Positions 39,801-48,193 of a stretch of 64,000 nt of DNA are shown here, piece after piece; position 1 is the stretch's first letter; each line of letters begins with the position of its first letter. This DNA is from a virus (taxonomy: Duplodnaviria; Heunggongvirae; Uroviricota; Caudoviricetes), in the IMG/VR virus record IMGVR_UViG_3300025413_000008; one strand, written 5' to 3'. The notes under the pieces are model-generated. The model did not search any database, was not told the origin of the DNA, and worked only from the letters and a program-made list of their open reading frames with translations. The translations under genes and the position numbers were made by a program.

Positions 39801-40021
39801 TTGCGGAATATCACATACGCTTTAATAAAAGACATGGACAGCAAAATTGGGGAGACGTTGATAGTGTCTGGCGAGTAATCGGTGGAGGAAGAAACTTGAT
39901 AGTCAAACATGTCAAAATTAATGTTCCTTGTCGTGGAGAAAAAACTGGACATGATTGGAGTATGGTGTGTGATGGGACCCTTACTTTAGATGAAGAAACG
40001 TCTACGGCAACTATTGATTAA
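39797..40021 (+). CDS. Hypothetical protein (74 aa)
   Basis: Overlapping-start ORF within the operon. Confidence 0.3.
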   Translation: MIAEYHIRFNKRHGQQNWGDVDSVWRVIGGGRNLIVKHVKINVPCRGEKTGHDWSMVCDGTLTLDEETSTATID

Positions 40022-40061
40022 GGTGTTATTTTATGTATGTACGGATTAAAGGCAATTTATA

Positions 40062-41570
40062 ATGACAGTAACTTTTAGTAATTTGAATTTAATTCAAAAT
40101 CCGTTAACAACATACTGGACAAATTATTATTTCGGTATTGCTAATGCATTTTACCAGCCCCAGTTATTGGGGACGGACTCCAATTCAAATGTATATTTTT
40201 CTACGACAACAGGAGGATATATATCAAAAGTAAATAACACGGGTGATACTATATTATGGCAAAATCAGTTCCAAGTACCCTATGCTTATACAAATTACTT
40301 TTCAGCATCTCCCAGCGGAAATTATATAGCATATTCCAGTCCAGTTACAGTAACGGGAACGAATCCTAATCAATTAGCAACATATGGGTTGGCATTATTA
40401 AATTCTTCTGGAAGTGTAGTTTTTAGTTTGACCAGTCCGAGTATTGCTCTGAGTACATCTTCACAGCATGCTATAACACCTAAGGTTACATGCGATGACA
40501 ATGGCAATTTGTATGCGCTTTGGACAAATGGGCTATATAAATATAATTCATCAGGAACATTACAGTGGTCTTATCAATTTTCAACTAACAACACATATTA
40601 TAATACTGGCGTTTCCTCGAGTTTGGGGGATATGTTTGACATTGCAGTTGATCCTAGCGGAAATGTGTATATAGTAGTAGGAAATCCAAATATTCCTTAT
40701 GTCTCGGGTTCAATTCCAATATGCATAAGTAAATTTTCATCCACCGGAACATTGCTTGTATCTAAAGCAATAAGCAAATACACCGGCTCGCCCTATGAAA
40801 CCAACTCATCTTATTGGTATCAGAGTATTGTAAAACTTAATTATGATAGCGTGGCAAACGTATTATTCATTCAGTCAATTGCATACTATAGCTCTTTTCA
40901 AAACTACTATCAAGTAGTAATATCAACTGATACTAACCTCTCATCGTTTACTATATCCCGGCTATCTCAGGGGCTACTAACTGGATATTTCTTTTACCCA
41001 GACGGAACTGGTGGAGGATATATTCCGTTTACTTCGGCGGCCATAACGTTACCCCAATATACCTCTGGATTGCAGATTGCACACTTAAACTCAACTCTCA
41101 TAAATCCAACATACTATCAAATGACAGCATTTCAGACCAATTCCTATGCTGCAGGTGCTTGCTGTTCGGCACCCGGCTTCTCACCAACACGGATCATAAG
41201 CGGAAAAGCCGCCAATACATTGTATTTAAATTATTATACTGACGCATACAACAATGGCACTACAACTGCTTTTGTCTCGTTGGCGTCTACCTCAGGACCA
41301 CCCGCCGCAAACACGTATGCATACTATTATGCAAACAGTGCACCTGTAACCACTAAACAAAATGGAACAACTACTGCAAATGTCGTCTTTAAGGTATCAG
41401 AAACCGCAAACTCTACATATATTCCAACCCCAGTTATAATATCTAACGCTACTATAGCAACAGCCAATACAAGCACATCAAGCACTACGGTGTCATTTTC
41501 AGCAAATACACTGGTAGTGAACAGTTCTCCCGCCTACAGTTATTTTTCTACAGTTACTGGAATCGCCTGA
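40062..41570 (+). CDS. Hypothetical Ser/Thr/Tyr/Asn-rich protein (502 aa), possibly structural or carbohydrate-binding
   Basis: Long ORF with tail-fiber-like composition. Confidence 0.4.
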   Translation: MTVTFSNLNLIQNPLTTYWTNYYFGIANAFYQPQLLGTDSNSNVYFSTTTGGYISKVNNTGDTILWQNQFQVPYAYTNYFSASPSGNYIAYSSPVTVTGTNPNQLATYGLALLNSSGSVVFSLTSPSIALSTSSQHAITPKVTCDDNGNLYALWTNGLYKYNSSGTLQWSYQFSTNNTYYNTGVSSSLGDMFDIAVDPSGNVYIVVGNPNIPYVSGSIPICISKFSSTGTLLVSKAISKYTGSPYETNSSYWYQSIVKLNYDSVANVLFIQSIAYYSSFQNYYQVVISTDTNLSSFTISRLSQGLLTGYFFYPDGTGGGYIPFTSAAITLPQYTSGLQIAHLNSTLINPTYYQMTAFQTNSYAAGACCSAPGFSPTRIISGKAANTLYLNYYTDAYNNGTTTAFVSLASTSGPPAANTYAYYYANSAPVTTKQNGTTTANVVFKVSETANSTYIPTPVIISNATIATANTSTSSTTVSFSANTLVVNSSPAYSYFSTVTGIA

Positions 41571-41572
41571 CA

Positions 41573-41902
41573 ATGCTGAACACGTGTTGGGAAAAAGAAA
41601 ATGGAAAATATCAACTGCGCTGCATGTTTGACCATGTGGGCGATATGTTACCGATGCATACACATAACCCCATAACATTTCATGATATAAAAGTTATCAA
41701 GGGGAAGATAAGAGTGCGTGTTCAGGATTGGGCAGGAGAAATAATCGGAGAAACTGGTGATTTTATTGAATTGGTTCATTTTCAGTGTTTTAAACATCAA
41801 GTTGAGGCACTGGAAGATGATACCGAAATATTAAATATATACAGACATTCAACTCCCGATTTTGAAGAAAATGTGAAAAGAGATAATTCATCGTCCACTT
41901 AA
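41573..41902 (+). CDS. Small cupin-like protein
   Basis: GDMLPMHTHNPITFHDIKVIKG fits cupin motif 1 G(x)5HxH(x)3-4E(x)6G. Confidence 0.3.
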   Translation: MLNTCWEKENGKYQLRCMFDHVGDMLPMHTHNPITFHDIKVIKGKIRVRVQDWAGEIIGETGDFIELVHFQCFKHQVEALEDDTEILNIYRHSTPDFEENVKRDNSSST

Positions 41903-41920
41903 AATTGCTATAAGTAGTAG

Positions 41921-42367
41921 ATGATTAACGTATTCTTATCGGATTTTTATACCCGGCTGCGATCTTGGCACGCTCTTAAAGAAAAATTAACAGAAGCGGA
42001 CTTACAAACTATATGCGTTGAGGTTGACAACTTCTGGCAAAGATGCCCCATAACACCTCACTATCTTCACCCGGCAGACATTGAAGATTGGCCAAATCCA
42101 TGGGAATTGCTCAAAGACAATGACTACTGTCACTATGGCAGAGCACTCGGAATGATCTACACATTATTGCATTTGGGTATCAAAAACATTGACTTAGTGG
42201 ACGCAATAGACTATTGTGATGAACATGCTGTATTAGTCTTAGTTGACGACGCAAAATATGCGCTTAACTACTACCCCAACTCAGTGTTAAATATAGACCT
42301 AACTGAATTTAAAATCACAAGATTTATTGACATAAAACCATTAACAAAGAAAACAGGTAAAGAATGA
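41921..42367 (+). CDS. Hypothetical protein (148 aa)
   Basis: ORF that overlaps the nrdA start. Confidence 0.35.
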   Translation: MINVFLSDFYTRLRSWHALKEKLTEADLQTICVEVDNFWQRCPITPHYLHPADIEDWPNPWELLKDNDYCHYGRALGMIYTLLHLGIKNIDLVDAIDYCDEHAVLVLVDDAKYALNYYPNSVLNIDLTEFKITRFIDIKPLTKKTGKE

Positions 42368-44685
42368 TTAACGTAACCAAACGATCAGGAAAAGTCGTAC
42401 CACTGGACTTAGAAAAGTGGCAAGCACAGATTACAAAAATTTGTGCAGGAATAGCAGATGTAAGCCAGTCAATGGTAGAAATTAAAGCACAACCAAACTT
42501 TTTTGATGGCATTACTACTAGAGAAATTGACCAAATCACACTAAGAGCAGTAGTTGATTTGATTGACGCAGAGTCTAATCCTGACGTAGGTCACACTAAT
42601 TATCAGTATGTTGCCGGGAAACAGAGATTGTCTATGCTTCGCAAGGATGTTTATGGACAATTTGATCCTCCTCACCTATATGATATTGTAAAGAAAAACA
42701 TATCTGTTGGACTTTATACGCCTGAACTCCTAGAATGGTATTCTGAGGATGAATGGAACAAAATGAATGATATTATTGATCATTCAAAAGACGAACAGTA
42801 TTCATATGCGGCAGTTGAGCAACTTATTGAAAAATATCTTGTTCGCAATAGAGCCACTAAAGAAATTTATGAAACGCCTCAAGTCAGATATATTATTGCA
42901 GCAGCAACGGTCTTTCATAAAGAAGAGCCAAACACTGCAAGAATGCGCTATGTAAAAGATTACTATAATGCTGCTTCTGATGGTTTATTCACTTTGGCTA
43001 CTCCTGTTCTTGCTGGTCTTGGTACTCCCACAAAGCAATTCAGCAGTTGTGTTCTTATTCGTAGCGATGACGATCTGGACTCAATTTTTGCTTCAGGACA
43101 AATGATGGCCAAGTATGCCGGTAAACGTGCTGGCATTGGACTAGAAATTGGAAGACTTCGCTCGCTTGGATCACCTATTCGTGGCGGCGAAATTATGCAT
43201 ACTGGCATGATTCCCTTTCTTAAGAAATGGTTTGGCGATTTACGATCTTGCTCACAGGGTGGCATTCGTAATGCTTCATGCACAGTTTGGTTTCCTATTT
43301 GGCATCATCAATTTGACGATCTTATAGTGCTTAAGAATAATCAGGGAACAGAAGAGACCCGAGTCCGCCACATGGATTACGGAGTGGTTCTATCAGGTTT
43401 CTTCTGGCGAAGATTTAAGAACAAAGAGAACATCACCTTCTTTGATCCTAACGAAGTTCCTGACCTTTATGAGGCGTTCTATTCAAACACTGCTAAATTT
43501 GAAGAACTCTACGTAAAGTATGAAAAGCGTAAGGATTTACGCAAGAAGGTAATGAGTGCCGAAGAAGTCTTCAAGAGCGGCCTTCTCAAGGAGCGTACAG
43601 ATACTGGTCGCATATATTTAATGAATATAGATAATGTGATGAATCAAGGTCCATTTGATCCTGAATATCACAGTATCTATCAGAGCAATCTCTGTGCAGA
43701 AATAACCTTACCATCACGCCCATTTAAGAATCTTGAAGATGAAAATGGCAGAATTTCCCTTTGCACTCTTGGTAGTATAAATTGGGGAGCATTTAGAAAT
43801 CCAGAAGATATGCGTAGAGCATGTCGTCTTTTGCTGCGTAGTCTGAATAACATTCTTGACTATCAAGACTTTCTATCTATCCAGTCAAAACTTTCCAATG
43901 ATGAAATTCGGCCTATTGGCATCGGGATCACCAACCTTGCATACTGGCATGCCAAGCGCGGATTGAAATATGGAGAAAAGGATGCGTTACAGGAAGTCAA
44001 GTCTTGGATTGAACATCAAACATATTATTTGATGGAAGCTAATGTTGAACTTGCCAAAGAACGCGGTAAATGTATTGACTCTGATAAAACTCGTTATGGT
44101 CAGGGAATTTTTCCATGGGAACTTCGCGCAAAGGGTGTAAATGAATTAGCCGATTTCACACCTGAACTTGATTGGGAAACCCTACGTGAAAACATGAAGC
44201 AATACGGCGTTCGCAATACTACTGTTGGAGCAATCGCACCAGTTGAATCATCATCGGTTGTTATTAATTCAACCAATGGCATCGCAATGCCAATGAGTTT
44301 AATATCCATCAAGGAATCAAAGGCAGGATCGTTTGTTCAGGTAGTTCCCGATTATCATATACCCAAGGTTCGTAAGAACTATCAATTGATGTGGGAACAG
44401 ACGGACTGTGTTGGATATCTAAAGACAGCAGCGGTACTGGCTGCATACATAGATCAGTCCATATCTACTGATACTTTTTATTCTCCTAAGCATTTTCCTG
44501 ATCGTAGGGTTCCTACTACGCTTATTGCAAAAAATTTAATGCTATTCGCCAAATGGGGTGGAAAAACAAATTATTATAGTCTTATTGATAAGCGGGGGTC
44601 CAAAGAAGAAGCCGATGACGCACCTGGCATGTTAGAACCTATTGACTTTGATGATGACGGGGATTGCGAGAGTTGTAAGTTGTAG
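42364..44685 (+). CDS. nrdA: Ribonucleotide reductase class Ia large subunit NrdA
   Basis: N-terminal ATP-cone-like region. Active-site NLCAEI. C-terminal Cys pair DGDCESCKL. Confidence 0.85.
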   Translation: MINVTKRSGKVVPLDLEKWQAQITKICAGIADVSQSMVEIKAQPNFFDGITTREIDQITLRAVVDLIDAESNPDVGHTNYQYVAGKQRLSMLRKDVYGQFDPPHLYDIVKKNISVGLYTPELLEWYSEDEWNKMNDIIDHSKDEQYSYAAVEQLIEKYLVRNRATKEIYETPQVRYIIAAATVFHKEEPNTARMRYVKDYYNAASDGLFTLATPVLAGLGTPTKQFSSCVLIRSDDDLDSIFASGQMMAKYAGKRAGIGLEIGRLRSLGSPIRGGEIMHTGMIPFLKKWFGDLRSCSQGGIRNASCTVWFPIWHHQFDDLIVLKNNQGTEETRVRHMDYGVVLSGFFWRRFKNKENITFFDPNEVPDLYEAFYSNTAKFEELYVKYEKRKDLRKKVMSAEEVFKSGLLKERTDTGRIYLMNIDNVMNQGPFDPEYHSIYQSNLCAEITLPSRPFKNLEDENGRISLCTLGSINWGAFRNPEDMRRACRLLLRSLNNILDYQDFLSIQSKLSNDEIRPIGIGITNLAYWHAKRGLKYGEKDALQEVKSWIEHQTYYLMEANVELAKERGKCIDSDKTRYGQGIFPWELRAKGVNELADFTPELDWETLRENMKQYGVRNTTVGAIAPVESSSVVINSTNGIAMPMSLISIKESKAGSFVQVVPDYHIPKVRKNYQLMWEQTDCVGYLKTAAVLAAYIDQSISTDTFYSPKHFPDRRVPTTLIAKNLMLFAKWGGKTNYYSLIDKRGSKEEADDAPGMLEPIDFDDDGDCESCKL

Positions 44686-44693
44686 AGGCTAGA

Positions 44694-45383
44694 ATGGTGA
44701 TAAATACAGTTGCCGATCACGATACTGATAATATCTACCGGCTCTATAACACTGAGGAGTTACAGCAAATGTATTTAGATAATATTCCTGCCTATGTCTA
44801 TTATATTAGACATATACCTACTGGCAAGTTTTACTATGGTTCCAGATATAATCATATAAAGAAAGGCACATTGCCTGAAGATGATCTTTGGACATCATAT
44901 TTCTCATCTTCTAAAGAAGTGAAAAAGTTGATACAAGAAACAGGGAGCAGTTCGTTTGAAACTGTGATATTGTTTAAGGACTCAAATCCCGAACTTTGTT
45001 TTGAGTTTGAACAAAATATCATTAAAGAATATATAGCAGACACACTATGTATCAACAAACGATACTTCAATACCGCTAGTGGCAAATCATCATATTGTGT
45101 ATTCGGAAAAACTTTGTCATCAAAAGGAAAACCGAAAACAGAAGAAACTAAACAGAATATGAGAAAACCAAAATCAGTGTCTCATAAAGAAAACATTAGA
45201 AAAGCACAACTCGCAAACGGGGGCAATGGACCAAAGAACCACAGCGAAGAGTCAAAGTTGAAAAATGGAGACACGCACAGGCTTTTGATACGAGAAAAAG
45301 TAACTTGTCCGCATTGTAACAAAACGGGCGGCGCAATCGCAATGCCAAGATGGCATTTTGATAACTGTAAGGAAAAGAAGTAA
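44694..45383 (+). mobile_element. GIY-YIG homing endonuclease inserted between nrdA and nrdB
   Basis: AYVYYIRHIPTGKFYYGSRYN contains GIY and YIG. C-terminal CPHCNKTGGAIAMPRWHFDNCK. This is the position where T4 carries mobE. Confidence 0.65.
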
Positions 45384-45386
45384 ATC

Positions 45387-46520
45387 ATGTCTAAAGATCA
45401 ATACAATATCAGTAACGTTCCTAACTATCTAAAACGAAAGATGTTCTTGGATGGTGTAGTGACTGTTCAGCGATTTGAAGAATATCGTCAGCCCAAGCTT
45501 GCTAAGTTTGAAGAAATGCAGCGTGGATTTTTTTGGGTTCCCGAAGAAGTTAATTTATCTAAGGATGCCGGAGATTTTAAAGATTCCAGCGATACTGTAC
45601 GTCATATCTTTACTGCTAACTTATTGAGACAAACTGCATTAGATAGTATTCAAGGCCGCGCCCCGGTACAAATATTCTCTCCTGTTTGTTCTATTCCAGA
45701 ACTGGAATCATTGGTTTTAATATGGTCATCATTCGAAACAAATATTCACAGTCGCTCGTATTCACACATTATTCGCAATATCTACAATGTGCCGAAAGAA
45801 GTATTCAACACTATCCATGACACTCAGGAAATCATTGATATGGCTGCTAGTGTAGGTAAGTATTATGACGATTTACATGTGCTGAATTGCCGCAAGGAAC
45901 TGGTAGACAACTTTACAGGAGGCAATAAAGCTTGGGCAGATGCTATGGCCGTTCCTGAACAAGAGCACATTAATGCTATTTGGTTGGCACTTCATGCCTC
46001 CTATGCACTTGAAGCATTCCGCTTCATGGTATCATTTGCGACATCACTGGCAATGGTTGAGAATAAGATTTTCATGGGCAATGGTAACATCATCAGCTTG
46101 ATCCTACAGGATGAACTTCTACATAAAGAATGGACTGCTTGGATGATCAATCAGGTTGTCAAGGAAGACCCGCGATTCGTAACTGCTAAGACTACGTGCG
46201 AACAGGAAGTGCGAAAGATTTACGAAGATGTTATTCGTGAAGAAAAAGAATGGGCAAAATATCTTTTCAAAAAGGGTCCAGTTATCGGACTTAATGAACG
46301 CATCATGGTAGATTTTGTTGATTATAATGCAGTAGATGCTCTTAAACAGATCGGTATGAAATACTGGAATCCGGCACCAAAATCTACACCTATTCCATGG
46401 TTTAACAAGCACATGGACACATCTAAAAAGCAAACTGCCTTGCAAGAGTCAGAAAGCACATCATATGTTATTGGTATTATGTCTGACGTTCTTGACTACG
46501 ACGAACTTCCTGATCTTTGA
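45387..46520 (+). CDS. nrdB: Ribonucleotide reductase small subunit NrdB
   Basis: Ferritin-like di-iron protein directly following nrdA and the endonuclease. Carries E..H and HKEW-type motifs. Confidence 0.7.
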   Translation: MSKDQYNISNVPNYLKRKMFLDGVVTVQRFEEYRQPKLAKFEEMQRGFFWVPEEVNLSKDAGDFKDSSDTVRHIFTANLLRQTALDSIQGRAPVQIFSPVCSIPELESLVLIWSSFETNIHSRSYSHIIRNIYNVPKEVFNTIHDTQEIIDMAASVGKYYDDLHVLNCRKELVDNFTGGNKAWADAMAVPEQEHINAIWLALHASYALEAFRFMVSFATSLAMVENKIFMGNGNIISLILQDELLHKEWTAWMINQVVKEDPRFVTAKTTCEQEVRKIYEDVIREEKEWAKYLFKKGPVIGLNERIMVDFVDYNAVDALKQIGMKYWNPAPKSTPIPWFNKHMDTSKKQTALQESESTSYVIGIMSDVLDYDELPDL

Positions 46521-46567
46521 TTGACATCATACAAAAAATATGGTATGATGTGAATTAAGGAGAATTT

Positions 46568-47359
46568 ATGAAGAATGGTAACAGCGTAATCCTCAATACA
46601 ATTATTGAGGATTTGCGAGACGCGGATGGTGTTGTGATTCTTGCAGGAGCAGGCATGGGCGTAGATTCTGGTATTCCAGATTTTAGGGGAAACTCTGGAA
46701 TCTGGACAGCAGAGAAAGATGCATTCATCAAATATGCAACTGCTGACAGTTTTCATAATGCCCCATTAGACTCTTGGAACTTTTACATAAACAGATTTCT
46801 TATGTATAGTGAACTCTCACCTCATCGTGGGTATTATGAATTATTAAAATTGCCAAAAGATATTTTTGTCATAACTAGTAATGTGGATGGGCATTTTATC
46901 AAAGCAGGATATGATCGTGACAGACTATATGAAATTCATGGAAACTTAGAATATGTTCAATGTAGCCATGGATGTTGTGCAGATATTAAGCCTATGCCAA
47001 AATTTACACAAAAACTAACCCACATAGATGAAATACCAACGTGTCCACGCTGTCTTGCGGTATACCGACCATTAGTAATGATGTTCAATGATCCATGGTT
47101 TATTCCCTATAAGGTCAATGAGCAGGAACGCAATTATCTGAACTGGGAAAAGGATAAGAAAAAAATTATCGGGATTGAAATCGGTGCAGGTTTGGCAGTT
47201 CCAAGCATAAGAATGATGGGTGAAGAAAGAACAGACAGATTAATTCGTATCAACCCACATGATTATGCCATTAATCGTGCTTCTGATGTGTCAGTGCCAA
47301 CCGGAGCATTGAATGGAATTGATGTGGTTATGAAATTATTTAACGGAGAAATAGAATGA
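46568..47359 (+). CDS. Sir2-family NAD-dependent protein deacylase (sirtuin)
   Basis: GAGMGVDSGIPDFRG (canonical sirtuin NAD-binding motif). Catalytic HG. Zn-ribbon cysteines CSHGCC...CPRC. Confidence 0.7.
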   Translation: MKNGNSVILNTIIEDLRDADGVVILAGAGMGVDSGIPDFRGNSGIWTAEKDAFIKYATADSFHNAPLDSWNFYINRFLMYSELSPHRGYYELLKLPKDIFVITSNVDGHFIKAGYDRDRLYEIHGNLEYVQCSHGCCADIKPMPKFTQKLTHIDEIPTCPRCLAVYRPLVMMFNDPWFIPYKVNEQERNYLNWEKDKKKIIGIEIGAGLAVPSIRMMGEERTDRLIRINPHDYAINRASDVSVPTGALNGIDVVMKLFNGEIE

Positions 47360-47586
47360 AAGCAGTAGTATGGTCACGTGATAATTGCACTTATTGCACA
47401 CAGGCAAAGGTGCTTTTGACACAAAAGGGTATTGAATTTGAAGAACGTAAGATCGGTGAGGGATATACAAAAGAAGACCTTCTGGAAGCCGTTCCTGCCG
47501 CTCAAGCAATTCCGCAGATATTCATTGACGGTGAGTATGTGGGCGGCTTCAAAGAATTACGCAATAAGTTAACAGAAGTATTATAA
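47356..47586 (+). CDS. Glutaredoxin (NrdC-like)
   Basis: CTYC active site in a 76-aa thioredoxin-fold protein, in the nrd neighbourhood. Confidence 0.7.
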   Translation: MKAVVWSRDNCTYCTQAKVLLTQKGIEFEERKIGEGYTKEDLLEAVPAAQAIPQIFIDGEYVGGFKELRNKLTEVL

Positions 47587-47596
47587 AGGAAAAATA

Positions 47597-47908
47597 ATGA
47601 AGCATTTATCAGATTTAATTGGTCACGTGGTAACACTCAAGCTTGCGTCAGGAGAAGAATTGGTTACTAAAATTCTTGATATTCAGAATGGTGAAGTATT
47701 AATTCACGATCCACTAAGCGTGGCACCGGGTGCACAGGGTATTGGGCTTGTGCCAAGTTTATTTACAGCAGACCCCAAGGCCGATACAAAGCTCAATCTT
47801 AATAGCGTTGTGATTTATGCTCTTACTGATGAATCAGTAAAGAATAAATATATTCAGGCTACAACAGGATTGGTAATTCCCGATACTAAAAAGTTGATCC
47901 TCGGATAA
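47597..47908 (+). CDS. Hypothetical protein (103 aa)
   Basis: ORF with an RBS. Confidence 0.35.
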   Translation: MKHLSDLIGHVVTLKLASGEELVTKILDIQNGEVLIHDPLSVAPGAQGIGLVPSLFTADPKADTKLNLNSVVIYALTDESVKNKYIQATTGLVIPDTKKLILG

Positions 47909-47917
47909 GGAAACATA

Positions 47918-48184
47918 ATGGCGCAATTATCACGTAAGGGCGACCAGAATCAGGCTGGCGGCAAAATTATTAAGGGAGCATCAACCGTGTTCGCAAATGG
48001 TATTGCCGTTGGATTGCATGTAAGTGATATTACACCACACGGTGATGGGCCACATGCTGCCGCAAAAACTACTGACGGAAGTCCGACTGTTTTTGCAGAA
48101 GGAGTTGCCGTATTGCGTGTTGGATCAGGAGATACTTGTGGACATTCTATTTCACAAGGAAGCCCAAATGTTAATTGCCCATAA
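47918..48184 (+). CDS. PAAR-repeat spike-tip protein (gp5.4-like)
   Basis: TVFANGIAVGLHVSD...PH and TVFAEGVAVLRVGSGDTCGH are PAAR-like repeats with a His/Cys Zn site. 88 aa. Confidence 0.55.
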   Translation: MAQLSRKGDQNQAGGKIIKGASTVFANGIAVGLHVSDITPHGDGPHAAAKTTDGSPTVFAEGVAVLRVGSGDTCGHSISQGSPNVNCP

Positions 48185-48193
48185 AGGAATAAA

